Of a DNA stretch of 64,000 nt, positions 29,422 through 45,049 are shown piece after piece. This DNA comes from the human T2T-CHM13v2.0 reference genome, Homo sapiens. The notes beneath the pieces were generated by a model. That model was not told the origin of the DNA, ran no database searches, and worked only from the letters and a program-made list of their open reading frames with translations. Every line of letters starts with the position of its first letter. Within the stretch, counting starts at the first letter, position 1. Where the stretch lies: assembly GCF_009914755.1 (NCBI RefSeq), contig NC_060939.1; one strand, written 5' to 3'. The position numbers and the translations under genes were made by a program.

Positions 29422-29860
29422 GGTATATCTATTATCTATTGTTGCATAATACATTGCACCCAAACTTAGCTTAAAACAACAAATGGGATCTTGCCATGTC
29501 TGGGGTTCAGGAATTCATGAGTAGCCTAGCTAGGTGGTTCTAGCTCATGGATTCTGAAGAGGTTATAGTCAAGCTCCTTTCTAAAGGTTCAGCTGAAGGA
29601 GGATCTCCTCCCAAGCTTGCGCATGTGGTTGTTGGTGTGAGACCTCAGCTCCTTACCGTGTGGATCCTTCCATAGGCTGCCTGAGCTTCCTGACAACATG
29701 ACGGTCATGATGCTCTGGAGAAAGAGACATAAGCATTCCAGGAGGACACAGCCTTCACTTATGTATTGTATAGGATCAAGGACAGAGTAGTGACTGGAAG
29801 TGACAATCCATGTGCCATTGCATGGTCCGACTGCTTGTCCTGCTGCTGAGCTACCCAAAG
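29422..29860 (-). mobile_element. MLT1F/G/H-like LTR
   Basis: GCTTAAAACAAC...CAGGAATTC...GCCTAGCTAGGTGGTTCTAGCTCA...CTTCCATAGGCTGCCTGAG. Confidence 0.65.
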
Positions 29861-29879
29861 ACTGTGGTATTTGCTTTTC

Positions 29880-30287
29880 TGTCTTAGTTTGTTTAGTGTT
29901 GCTGTAACACGACACCTGAGGCTGGGTAATTTATAAAGAAAAGAGGCTTGTTGAGCTTCCACAGGCTGAGAAGTTCGAGGGTATGGTCCTGGCTTTTGGC
30001 AGGAGCTTTTGTGTCTTGTCATAACATGGCAGGGAAGGTCAAAGGGGAAGTGGACAGGTACAAAGAGGCACCAAATCCAAGGGCTGTCCTGCTTTGCAAC
30101 AACCCACTCTCTCAAGAACCAGTCCAGCCTCACCACAGCAAGAACTCACTCACTACCATGAGAACTGTACCAAGCCCAGTGGCCCAAACACCTCCTATGG
30201 GCCCCACCTTTCCATACCACCACACTGGGGATCAAATTTCAACACGAGTTTTGGTGGAGACCAACAAACCATATCCAAACCATAGCA
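29880..30287 (-). mobile_element. MSTB/MSTC-like LTR
   Basis: TGTCTTAGTTTGTTTAGTGTTGCTGTAAC...GGGATCAAATTTCAACACGAGTTTTGG...CCAAACCATAGCA. Confidence 0.85.
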
Positions 30288-33200
30288 ACCCTCAAGACTC
30301 ACCCACTCCTCCATGGAGCACTTCTACCCTCATCTGATTTACCATCCTTCCTACTTATATAACACAGACATTATACATGCATAGTGCTTTGCTTACTTTT
30401 AATGCCCAAACAATTATTATATCATCCTACCTAAAATGACACTGCAATGAGTCATGACAAGTAATAGCATTTTCATTAAAAAATAAATTAGTCTTAAGGC
30501 ACCACCTTATGAGAGATTTTTTTAATTTAAATATTGTGCATTTTCCACCAGTTCTTAAGTTAGTAAAGTGTTTTTGGTAGACATAAAGACCAACGCCATA
30601 GAAATGCCGAGAGTTTCTAAACTGAAGTCTAGTGAGGGCAAGAGGATAGAATTAGAGCTGCAATAACCTGAACTTGGAGCCACAGCGTGCTGCCTGAGCA
30701 TAGTGAATTTGCTTAACCATGACCTCTAGGATTTAAGCAACAATAAAATGTAAGGATTTTACCCATGATGAGGGGCATTAATGAACTCAGCCATGCATGT
30801 GACAGTCTCAAATGTTAAGTAGATTTGCAGTCTATGCATTTTAAAAGTCCCCAGGTTGTCAAGTAACCTTGAGCTTTTGGTGAATACCTAAGTATCATTG
30901 TTTAAAATTTCGTGGTTCTTTCTATATGTACCTGCTATCCCTTTGAATTATATATGTAGTTTTATCCCATTCTGGCAGGGGGTAAGACCAGCTTTCATAT
31001 AGCAAATACTTTAAATATTGTAAAATAACAATATTTTTAGTATCTTAAACATTTTGTTGAGATAGAGCTTTTAAACTGGTCCTACTCAGTCAGGACCTAT
31101 GGGAATTGAATGGAGAAAATGGTGTTTAATGAGCAGTGTCCAGGAAAGTTCATCCCCCTCTTGGGATATACGTGTCTCAGACTGCATCAGCCAGATCAGC
31201 CAGTTCAGTTCCCCCAAAGACTGGACTGAATTTCTGATGGTTCCCAGTGCTCATCACTCTTCCTCTGTCTGTTTTGGCATAGGAGAAAATGTATCTTCTT
31301 GTTAAGAACAGACAAATGATCAGTTGTCCTCAGTGTGTGGCCAGGTTTCGCATTCCTTTTCCTATGACAAAAGGAAACTAATCATTTAAATTAAAATCAC
31401 CAAGAGAAATGTAAACATTAGCCCCTGATTTCTGTGACTGCAGGTCCGATGGGGAGGCTTATGGCATTATTTAATGGTGAGAGCAAATGACAATGAGCAC
31501 AAGGAGGTGGGAGAAAGTAGGGGGCTCTGAGATTGGAGTGGCAGAGAGATCCTGTTGGGCAATAATGACCTTCTGCAGGTTTCTGTTGACTGCACATCAG
31601 TCTCTGCATCTGCAAAAAATATGCATGATCCTGCAGGACCACAGGACTTGTGGGAACAAATAAGAACCCGCAAATGAGAACGAGCAGAGGCTGTTCATTC
31701 AGAGTTGCTTTAGTAAGGGAGATCAGCCACCATCCCTTGCATTTGGCAGAGACTTAAGAGCAGGCAGGGTGGGAAGGCTCTGTGGTAGAAGGGAAGGCTT
31801 TGGGTAGGCCTTCCCTTGAGGAAGCTGGCACAGGCTAACAAAAAGCCAGGCATTCTTTGTGATGGATTTGGGGAACATATTTGGCTTTTTCAGGTTGGTT
31901 CTGAGTTGGAAATGACAGCACAAATTAGGGAAGCTTCAGTTATTGACAGATCCCGAATATGCTGTGCCAATGGTGCAAATGTGGTGGTTTAGTTTCCCAG
32001 GCTGTTTGCTGCAGAGGTTTCCCAGGCTGTTGGCTGCAGAACTCAGAGTTCTGTGGTCTGGCCATTGTCCGTTGTCTGTTCTTTCAGACTAGAATATTTC
32101 ATGGATTAAATGAGATGCTGCCAAGCACCCAGAACAGCACTTCATGCACAGTAAAGCTTCAGTGTACTGTATGATAATTTTAAATTATTAAGAAATAAAT
32201 AAGGCTGGGCCGAGTTACTAAGAGAGTTGGGAATGGGAATGATTAGCTTTTTTTTTTAAGGAATTTTGTTTTATAGTTCACTAATCATAAAGGAACAAGA
32301 GTGGCGTGGTGCAGGTCTGTGTTGCCTTCTTGCTCATAGCATCTCAAAACAGGAAATGCCTGGTCCACACAATGCATTAAAGGGTAAGGAAAACATTTGG
32401 ACAAAGCAAAGTCGAAGCAGGCTCCAAATTTGGATTGTGAGACACGTATTTTATGTAGCTTGTGTAGCTATCATTCCATGCCATTGGGATCACATGTTTT
32501 ATGAGGGTAGTACAAACACTTCTATTCTATATCACTTCTTCCCAGCTAAAATAGAAACAGGAGTTTGATTGATTGGCTATCTGGGAGAAGTTTGTGGTTT
32601 GTTTAGATGAAAGTAAAGGAAGAAAAAAATCAGAACTTGGTAACTAATAAGATGCTCAAGAAGGGAAAGCCAGAGTGAGATAGAGGTCTGCAGCCAGGGG
32701 CTGACATCCTTGCCTGTGGCAGGGAAGGAGGAGAGAATCTGCTGGGAAGGTTGGTGATGAGGGCAGGTCCATGTATAGGCTGGCAACAGAGAGACATCTT
32801 GCAAACAACTTCATTTTATTTTCCTGATGAAATCCAGAAAGGCAGTTCTTTGAGAAAGGGGCAAATAAAATGAACATTACAGAAGAGGATTTCTATGAGC
32901 GGTCATGCAAAAAGTGTGACAGATGGTCACCTGCTGTTTTCCAGCCTTCTCTCCCTTATCCACTTTGTTCATTGTTTACCTGCTCCCTAATAACTATGTA
33001 ACATTGCAGGGTATAGACATTTGAGTACAAACTAGTTTATATTGTTTAATTATGAAGACAGAGCTTGTAATTAGTTACCTTAAATTCTTTGATGACTTCT
33101 GAGAATCAATGATGCCTAACTGGAGGAGATTGATAGCCATAATTAGTGGAATCAGTATAAAAATATTCCCAGACGTTCATTGTTCCAGGACATAAAACTC

Positions 33201-33673
33201 ATAATTATATAATGAGCTATTGATAAACTGACATTGGTGACATTGGTGACTGCAATGGATTCAGCCTTTTTCTCTACTTTTTCTCCTTATTCTCTGCTTC
33301 ACAACAGTACCTATAAAGATTACAAAAGACTTTGACCTTAATTCTAACTACTGTAATTCTGAATAACTGCAATTAAATCTGCTACTGTTCAACAATAAAA
33401 AAGGAAGAAATTTAGAGGCCATTAAACCATTATCTTTTATTTCTTTAACTTTAAATTTTTATATTATTATAGTTTAAGAGGAATTTGAAAAAATAGTACT
33501 GAAAGGTCTAGGTACTATTTACCCCACTTCCCTCAGGGACCACATCTATCATAATAACTATAGTAACAATAGCCAAACCAGAACACTGGCATTGGCACAA
33601 TTCACAAACCTCATTCAGATTTCACCAGCTTTATACACACGCATCTGTGTGTGTCTGTATATAGCTCGATGCA

Positions 33674-33966
<293 letters not shown>

Positions 33967-35933
33967 TCGGTGCATTTTTACTATATGTCTGGTGCCTGTA
34001 ACCACCACTACAGAGGAGACACAGAACTGTCTTGTCACCACAAGGATCTCAGGAAGAATATGTTCTTGTCTGTTCCTTTACAGCCACACCCATGCCACCC
34101 CCCATCCCTAATCCCGGACACCACTAATGTGTGCTCCAAGAGTGGGTTTTGAATTGAATTGTATATTAGGTATTGCTCTGAGATTGCCTTTCCTCACTCA
34201 GCATAATTCCCTTGACATCTCTCCAACTTATGTGTATCAATAGTTTGTTCCTTTTTAATCCTGAAGAGTATTGCCTGGTATGCATGCCCAACAGTTTGTT
34301 TAACCACTCACTCCTTTAAGGCCATTGGTGTTATTTTGGATATTGTGATTATGAGAAAGCTGCTGTGTATAGGTTTTTGTATGGGCATAAGTTTTCATTT
34401 CTCTGACATAAAAGCCAAGAGTGTAATTTCTGTGTAATATGGTAAGCGTATGTTGAGTTTTGTATGTTTGCTTTTGTTTTGTTTTGTTTTGTTTTTTGCA
34501 GTAACTACCAAGCTGTTTCCCAGAGTGGCTGGATCATTTTACATTCCCAGTAGCAATGCAGGAGAAATCTGAGTTCTGTGCCTCCTCTCCAGCCTGTGCT
34601 GTTACGTTCTGTTTCCTTTCTAAGTTTATGGCTTTAATTTGCCTTTCCGGAACTAAGGTTAATGAAGTTGTATGCTTATTTGCCATCAGTATCTCCTCTT
34701 TTGTGAAATGTCAGTTAGTTTCTTCTGCTCATTTTCTAAGTGAATTGTTTTTGTATAGTTGGGTTTTGAGAGTTCCTTATATATTCTAGATATGTGGTCT
34801 TTGTCAACTATTTTCTCTTAGTTTGTAGACTGTCTTTTCTTCCTCTTAACAGGGTTTTGGAGAGCAAAGATTTTAAATTTTGAAGTCCTGATTTATTGAT
34901 TTTTTTCCTTTTATGCATTGTGTTTTGGATTTCATGTAGAATAGCTCTTCACCTTGCTAAACATCTTGAAGATTTTCTCTTAGGTTTTCTTCTCAAAGTT
35001 TCATAGTTTTACATTTTGCTTTTAAGTCCATGATCAATTTTGAATTAATTTTTGTGTAAAGTATGAGACTTAGTTTTAGGTTCATTTTTTTCCCTATGGA
35101 TATCCAAGTGCTCCAGCACCATAAATTGAAAAGATTCTCTTTCTTCAAACGAATTGCTTTTGCACTTTTGCTGAAAGTCAGGTGGTTATCCTTTCATGGG
35201 TCTATTTCTGGATTCTCTACTCTGTTTTATTGATCGATGTTTCTCTTCTTCTGCTAGTACCACACGGTCTTGATTACTGTAGTTGTATGTATAAATCTTA
35301 TAGTCAGGTAAAGTAATAAACTACTACTTATTCTTCTCTTTAAAAAATTTTTTTAGCTACTCTGATTTCTTTGCCTTTCTATATGAATTTAGAATACATT
35401 TTTATAGCTATGGGATTTGGGTAGATATTATATTAAACTAACAGGTTAGCGTTATGATTAGAGCAGTGACATCTGAAATATTGAATCTTCCAATCCATGA
35501 AAAAAGGATGTCTTTCTGTTTATATCTTTGATTTTTAAAATTCGTGTTTTTTACTTTCAGCATATAGATCCTATATAGATTTTGACATTTTTAAAGCTAT
35601 ATATTTCATATTTTACAGTGATTGGAAACTGTAACAGGTTTGTTATTTATATTGCATTCCTGAAATGAAATTCCTTTGGTAGAACTAGTGATTTTTTTTA
35701 ATTAGTTCATTTTTTTCCCCTACTGATTTTTTTCCATTACTTCTTTCTTTCTAATTTCATTGATTTCTGCTGTGATTTTTATATTTTCTTTGGAAAAATT
35801 TTGCTATTCTTTTTTCTTAAGGTAGGAGCTTAGATTATTGATATGTTTTTCTTTCCTCTTTTAAAAAATGTTTTTATTTTTAAATAAAATGAATACAAAA
35901 GTTTAAAATGTTTTAAAAACTATTTTAAAATTT

Positions 35934-36052
35934 AAGCCTATAGCACCTGGTGTTTCCAGGCAGTCTCCTATTCAAGTGCTGACCAGACCAGGCCCTGCTT
36001 AGCTTCTGAGATCAGACTAGATTGGAAATGTTCAGGGTGGTATGGCCATAGA
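35934..36052 (-). pseudogene. 5S rRNA pseudogene (RNA5SP-type), near full length
   Basis: Reverse complement of 5S: AAGCCTATAGCACCTGG...CCCTGCTTAGCTTCTGAGATCAGAC...TTCAGGGTGGTATGGCCATAGA; CpG-decayed; AT-rich tail at 35855-35933; inserted in L1. Confidence 0.95.
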
Positions 36053-38934
36053 ATCTTGTTTTTTAGTGTGAACATTTTGTGCTACACTGTTCCCTCTCAG
36101 CACTGAGTTAGCTGCATCTCACACAGTTTGATATGTTTTTTATGTTTTATATTTATTTTCATTCAGTTGAATGTATTTTATTTTCTTTGACTTCTACTTT
36201 GACCCATAAGTTATTTAGAAGTATGTTTTATAATTTCCAAATGTTAGCAAACTTTCTTGTAATCTTTCTGTAATTACATTTCAGTTTGAATCTGTTAGGA
36301 TCAGAAAACAAACTGTATGGTTTCAATTCTTTTAAATTTGTTGAGGTTTGTTTTAGTGTCTAGGATACGGTTTATGTGGGTAAATGTTTGATGACTGCAA
36401 GAAAATAATATCTTTTGTTGGTGATGGTAAATTCTACAAATGCCAATTTAAGCCCATTCATTAAATATATTGTCTAACCCTTTTATATTCTCACTCATGT
36501 TTTGACTAATTTTTCTGTCAAAGTTGAGAGAGGGGTGTTAAAGCCTCCAACTATAACAGTGGATGTGTCTATTTCTCTTTTCAGTTTTATCAGTTTTTGT
36601 TTCATATATTTGAATCTGTGCTGTTTATGTATATACCTTAAGATTGCTGTGTCTTCTGGATAGTTTGACTATTTTATTCTTAGGTAATGTTCCCCTCTGA
36701 CCTTGGTAATTCTCTTTGCTCTGAAATCTACTTTATCTTATGCTTTTCTGTTGATTAATGCTTGCATGATATATCCTTATCATCCTTTTACTTTCACCCT
36801 ACCTATATTATTAAATTTCATGGAGTTTCTTGTAGACATCATGCTTTTAAATGCATTCTACCAATATCTTGTATTTGGTGTATTCAGATCATTATATTTA
36901 ATGTAGCTATGTATGTGCTAAGCCTTCCCTCTGCTATTTTATCACTTGTTTTTTTCTTTTTCCCACCTTTGCCTGTTTTTCCAGATTAAAAATAAATAGA
37001 CTTCATCTTTTCAGGACAATTTTAGATATACAGAAAAATTGAAAGGATAGCATCTCTCTGTTTTTTATTTGTTTCATTTTCCTGTGGTTAATTTTTTTTT
37101 TTTTACAGTTACACTTTGATTTACCTATAGTTTTTAGGGGGTATATCTTTTTGTATAGTTTTTTAAATGGTTTCTCTGGGTGATACATGATACATATACA
37201 ACTTTTCAAAATCTGTTGGTACTTTGTATTTTTCGGACACTGTACTTTTCCTACTTTGATTTAAATATAGAAATATTACTTTAATTAGGATAAATTTGAA
37301 TTTATTCCTTTCTTTTATAATATGTTTGTCTTAAATATATCCTCTACATACATAGGGTAATACAGCAGACAATATTATAATTTTTAATAAATATATTTTT
37401 TAAAAAACTGAAGAGGAAATAATAATCTATTATATTTACCCATATTTTCACTCTTTCTACTGTTCTTAATTTTTGTGTTCTAAATTTTTTACTTTTATTA
37501 TTCCCTTTCTGTTTGATAAATTTTATTAAGCTGGCAAGAAATTTTCTCACTATTCCTTCATTTGCAAATGTTTTGTTTTGACCTTCATTCCTAAAGACAT
37601 TATTTGCTGTGCACAGAATTCTGGGTATGGGCATTTATCTTCTGTTAGCATTGGAAATGCTATACCTTTTCCTTCTGGCCTTCGTGTTTCTGATGAGAAA
37701 CCTGTTATCATCCAAATCATTGCTCCCCATGAGTGTTTGTTTCTCTTCAGCTGCTTTCAATATTCTCCCTTGGTTTTGGTTTTCAGAAGCTTGATTTTAA
37801 TGTGTCTTGGTATGGATTACTTTGGGGTTAGCCTGTTTGGGGTTTGCTCAGCTTCTTTAACTGTAGGTTAATGTCTGTTGCCTAAATTCGGAAGTTTAAT
37901 TGAGTAACTTTCTGTTTTATTTTCTTTCTTCTCTCCTTTCTTGACTCTAATGATGTGAATGTCATATCTTTTGTCACAGAGGCCACAAGTCCCCGAGGCC
38001 CTGCTCTTCTTATTTCCCCAGTATCTTTCCTCTGTCGTTAACATTGGGTAATTTCTCTTGCTCTAGCTTCAGTTTACTGATTGCTTCCTCTCTCGCATCC
38101 ATTCTTCTATTAAGCCCATTTAGTAAGGTTTTAAAGTAGTAGTTACTGTCTTTTTCAGTTCTAACATTTCCATTTGGTTCTACTTTGTATCATAGGTTTT
38201 TTTGTGTATGCGATTTTTCATTTTTTCATTTGTGTCCATAGAGTTCTTAACTGCTCACTGGAGCAATTAAATATTTCCTCTACATACATGCTTTATAATT
38301 CTTGTCAGATCATTCTAATGTCTTGTCATCTGGTTGTTGGCTTCTGTTGATTATGTTTTTCCATTCAAGTTGAGATAGCATGAGTTAGCATCTACCTGGT
38401 TTGGTAGCATGAGTGATTTTCAATTTTATCCTGAGTATTATGCGATGAAACTGGATCTTCTACCTCATCAGTCCTCTGCTAAAATCGTGCTAGGTGGACA
38501 CCCCCCCAGCCTCACTGGCCCCAGGTAGGGAGGGGCATTCCTAACAGAAGGTGGTGGAGACGGTTCAGGCTACCCTTGGCTCCCTCTGACACCTGAGAAA
38601 GTCCTGCTATTCTCAAGTATGTAGATGATCTATCTTAAGTATATAGATGACACTCCACTGCAAGGGAGCAGGGTGCTTTGTTGTGCTGAGTTACAGTGGA
38701 AATTCAGGCTGCGCATTCACCCCCAACCCACGTCATCCTCTTGGCAAGGTGGAGGGCTTTTCCTACTGCTGGATGGAGCTCCAAGTCCAAGATTCCCACT
38801 TGGTCTCTGCCAGCACCATGAAGGGGTTGGGGCACTTTGTCACTGCCAAGCATTTGTTGATGGTGTTGGGGTGGGGCATGAATTTTCTTCTGGTATTTTG
38901 ATGGAGTAGGATGTCTACTAGAAAAAGTTGTCTA

Positions 38935-39249
<315 letters not shown>

Positions 39250-40869
39250 CTATTTTTTCCCATTCCTTTGGTGGGAGATCAGTCTTCGCTCAGGGACTGT
39301 ATTGTCTGTGCCCAGGAGCATCTCCAGTTTACAGGCTTCCCCAGCACTCTGAGGCATATGAGGCATAAAGGAAATTCAGGAGACTCACAGCCATGTTGGT
39401 TTTTGAGTCCTTGGATCTCTAGCCCATCTGCTTTCTTCTTCTTACCTTTCAGGGTCGTCTTTCACAAATTATGAGTGTAATATCCAGAGTTTTAGCTATA
39501 CTTCATAGGGGATATAAAAATAGATAAGTCTATTTCATCTTCTCCAGAATTAAAAGTTCTCAGTCTCTTTTCTAAGAGAGGAAAACTCAGAGACTTAGAT
39601 GTAGAGACTTAGACTTTCTTCTTTGCCCAAAGAACTCACCTCATCTGTAACCTGGGGTGCAAGGGGGGAGGCAGAGTACAGGCTCTGTAACCAAGGACTG
39701 AGAGAGAGGAAAACTCAGAGATGTAGAATTAGAAGTAGAGACTTATATTAGACTTCAACTGAGAATTAAAAGTTTGTGGCCTGATAAAATAAATGACAAA
39801 CTAAGCAGTACAGGTATTCTCTTCCTTTCTATTAACAACTGGGGCTTATTATAAAAGGTAAGTTACTTTATTTGATGTTACGAATCACAGAAAAAATATT
39901 TAGAAGCCAATTTAGGATGTGCTTCATTGGGAATTAAATTTGTTTGTAAAAGTCTAAGACTTAATTTTAAAAATTCCCCAAATATTTGCCAAGTGACCCT
40001 TGATATCAGTGGCATGAAAAAATAGAAACAGGATTTGATAGATAAGAAAAATAAAAGTATCATCTATATACGTAAGAATACCACGACATTTTCTGTGTGT
40101 AACCTACATTTCTGTGTCTCACACACTCTCTCTCTCACACACACTGTCCACAGAACCAGAGGAAATGGCATCTTCACCCCTTTTTTATTGTTGAAAGAGC
40201 CTGGAAACTAGCAAGAGTTCAAGACCAAGAGAAAGCTGTGGGCACTTGGATAAGTCTAAAAATCCTCAGAGTCCAGATAAGCAAGATTTGACAAGAGTTT
40301 CCATGGAGACAGAACATAACTTATTACTGGCCTATAAACTAGATAATTTGACCAGCGATCTGCAGACAGGACTGTTGCTTCTTTCCTCAACTTTGCTCCA
40401 GGCCATAATGATGAAAGCAAAAACACTTGTATCTGTGTTTCTAACAGCTTTGAGGAGAGAGGCTGCTCAAGAGAGAAATCAACCTATGGAAATTATATAC
40501 ATATTTTCTTTCCTCTTTTGGAGGTGAGAAACAGGAAAGAAACTTGTTGAAAGCAGAGATTAGATCTAGCTAGAGATGAATCCCAGGCTTTTAGTCTAAT
40601 GCCTGTATTATTTCCTTAAATTTGTTCTGAGGGTTTCTTTTACTTTGGATATAATAAAGAGTGTTTCCACTGGAGCCTAAGAACTATGGGTCGTAGTTGC
40701 CTTGGAGATTTTGTGATGGGTGTATCTCAGAGCAGATCAACCTGCTCCTTCCTACCCAGCTCAGCTGGTGTAGTTTCCAGAATTTTAGACTGAAGTTTTT
40801 CTATAATATGTTTTGTATAATGTGGTAGCTGCAGTTTGCATCTTCCCTAGATAAATTTGCTGAGCTTTC

Positions 40870-40871
<2 letters not shown>

Positions 40872-40910
<39 letters not shown>
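40872..40910. repeat. (TG)n microsatellite
   Basis: Directly visible. Confidence 0.98.
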
Positions 40911-40916
<6 letters not shown>

Positions 40917-43315
40917 TCTTTGCCCAAAAAAGTCACCTTATCTGTAATCTTGGGTCCAAGGGGGAGGTAGAGGACCAGCTCTCTGCCCAAGGACCGAGAG
41001 AGAGGAAAAGTCATTCAACTCCCCTGAACCTCATTGTTCCACCAGAAAAATGGAATTACAATGTCCCCACAAAAATTTTGTCAGAATTTAGTGAACATTT
41101 TTTAAGTATCTGAAATTGTATATCATGTTTGAATTATCATAGACATTCAATAAAAGTTATAACAAATAGAAAAATAAATATAGTAGTTATTACTGAGTGG
41201 GTAATATAAAACATCAAGTGATGTAGAAGAGATGTCAAGTCTGTTAGCATAAGCTGTTAATATTAGGATGACAGAGGCACTGCCATTAGACACTGAGCTA
41301 TTCCAGCTTTTTTCATGGTCCTGTTTCTGACTACAGAATCTTTATCTTCTTGAGTAAAATTAAGGCCTATGGTGGGGAAATGGATCCCATTGTCTCTGAC
41401 ATCCACAAGGCAGACTGGCTCACACTGGGCAGGAAGTGAACTGTGTCAGCAGACCTCCACCTTACTTCTGCTCAAGTAGCAGTTCCTTCGTCTCTGTTGC
41501 TGCTCTCGACATATGATGACCAATGAGAGTGCATCTCACTCACCTCTCTATCAATGACACAGTGCTTGGCCCATCGTAGGATCTTCGTAAATATTTGATG
41601 AATTAATTAGGTTGGGATCTTACTTAGAAATAATCCATTAAAAACTAAGTAATCATGGGGATCGATCACAGAACATGAAATTAATCTTATACTTTATACA
41701 CCAGGCAAAAGTGCAAATGAAATGAGCTGTGCATTCAACTTTCATTCACTCATCAAGCATTTTCTGAATTCTTCCATGGAAATGAACTGATATGTACGGA
41801 TATGTACTGATACGTATGGAGCATCAACCCTTTACATGCAGGGCACTGTTTGACTTGCTTTAGGATTTACAAAGTTAAATGAGGTAGCCACTTCTCTCCA
41901 GCATAAAGCAGGTGATGATGGTTCAGTTTGGAAGGTCCTGGAATCTGGGCCATTTTCTTTTTCCACGGCTGACTCCTTTGTCTCTTCCACTTTCCACTTG
42001 GAAAGCTTCAAACAGTTTCATCTTCTTCCTTCAAGGAGTGATACAGGGACTTCTTGAGACTGTGACTTGGGATAGGGATACAGACAAAGGAAGTCGGTCA
42101 AATGTGGAGAGAAAGCAACAATGGAAGAGAAGGGAATGGTAGCGAAAGGAGAGTAGTGTTAGAATTAAATCTTCCCAATAATTAGAGAAATCAAATATAA
42201 ACAAACTTACATAGAAATGGTACAATTTGTATTTATAGTGTTTGGGAAAATGGACAAGAAGCATCAATAATTCAGTCTAGAGAGCTCAAGTGCTTTTAGA
42301 AAAGAAGTTTTGAATTACTACTAATAAATATAAAATCTCACATCAAGTAGTAGAAATATAAGGAGTACCTTGGTGAAGAACAGAAACATGTTATAATTCT
42401 GATGAGTGGACCAATTACCTATGGCAGGGAGAGCCCCTCCTTTTTAGACGTGTCCCTGCAAGTCTTAGTTCCACGCCTGCTCTGGGCTGCCCTACTCTCT
42501 CCCTCCAGATCCTTCCACAGTGTCGGTCTAGAACTGGGCGTGTAATAGGCAACTGAAGTGATCCGTGGCTCCATGATATAAAGCTCCATGGCACTGTATG
42601 CTGCGGTTGTTAAGTGGAGTGTTCTAGAAATAACATTTAAATCTTGTTGGTTGATGGTTTTGTCCAGTTATTCCATACCTTCATTTTTCTACTTAGTAGT
42701 TCTATCCTTTTCGAAAATGAGGTGTTGAAGCCCCCAGTTACCATTGTGAATGTGCCTATGTATCCTTCAGCACATTTTCTGTGTATATTTTGCACCCCTG
42801 TTGCTTACATAAAATGTACATGGGAAGAATTATTATTCAGAAAATATTAAAAAGTCCTTTAAATCACCTAAGGAAACAAAATGACAGAACATCAGAAAAA
42901 TGGGCCAAAGGTATGGACCAGGGATTTGGAGAAGAGTTAAACTGAATCAAAAAGAAAAAAGAAACCCATTACTAAACAGTGATCCAGTATTCAGAGATTA
43001 ATGGTGAAATAATAATTGATTTATTAGATTGCAAATCCTAAAAATCTGACAATACCAAATATTGGGTGAGGATATGCAAAAATAGGAACTCGTATATCTT
43101 CCTGAAAGAAATGAAAATTGGCAAATTACTTTGGAGCATAATGTGATATACTTCTATACCTTATAATTATACCATTTTAACTAAATATTTCATTGTGAAT
43201 GAGTCTTAATGTTTACTATGAATGAAGGAAGGTTTTTCTTGAGCTATTGAGGATCTCTGACAGCCTTTCTCCTTTATAATTTCTGATGTTGAGTTAACCT
43301 GAACTCTTGGAATAA

Positions 43316-43645
<330 letters not shown>

Positions 43646-43714
43646 AATTTGTTGTGTCTTATACACTGTTAGTTTTGATAAAAGTATTTTATTTAGGAAT
43701 TTTGCCTTTTTATC

Positions 43715-43786
43715 TGTGGAAGACAGAATAATGGGCCCCCAGACATGTCTACTTCTCAATCTCTGGAAACAGTGAATATGTTACAT
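43715..43786 (+). mobile_element. MLT1 LTR 5' end fragment
   Basis: TGTGGAAGACAGAATAATGGGCCCCC...GTGAATATGTTAC. Confidence 0.7.
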
Positions 43787-44345
<559 letters not shown>

Positions 44346-45049
44346 AGAGGAAAAAGTTAAAATATTAATGGTCTTATTTATCCAGTTATGTACCAGTTCT
44401 GAAGCTCGTCCAAATTTCCACATAATGTGATTTTCCTTGAGCCTGAAGAACCTTCATCATTTCCTGTAGTGCAAGTCTCTTGGCAATGAATTCTTTTAGT
44501 TGTCTTCTCTGAAAGGCCTTTGTTTTACACTAACTTTAGAAGGATGTATTCACTGCGTATAGAATTCTTGGTTAAGAGTTTTCTTTCTGCACTTGAAAAA
44601 TGTTCCAACATCTTCTTCCATAACTTTGAGGTGAAATCAGTATTCAGTGAAATCATTACTCCTCTGTATATATATAATGTCTTTTATTTGTTACTGTGTT
44701 TGAGATTTTATCTGTGGTTTTCACCTGTTTGATTATGATATACCTAGACAAGATCTTCTTCATATTTGTCTTGCTTAGGTTTCCTGTGCATCTTAAATCT
44801 GTAACTTTTTTCCTTGATCCATTTAGGTTTGTATTTGTACATTATTTCTTCAATTGCTTTCCGCCCATTCTATGCCTCTACTCTTTTTTTTTTCTGAGAA
44901 TCCAGTTACACAAATGTTTAAATCTAACAAGTCCCTAAGCCTCTGTATATTTTTATTTTTATTTTTTTATTCTTCAAACTGGATGATCTGTCTTTGAGTT
45001 TCTGGCACTTTACCTTGTCATCTATATTATTCTGTTAAGTTGCCCTATA

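Noticed and set aside
31992-32040. 25-bp tandem duplication GTTTCCCAGGCTGTTTGCTGCAGA (similar small duplications near 7735, 33229 and 52133)
   Set aside because: Ordinary slippage duplications with no further structure
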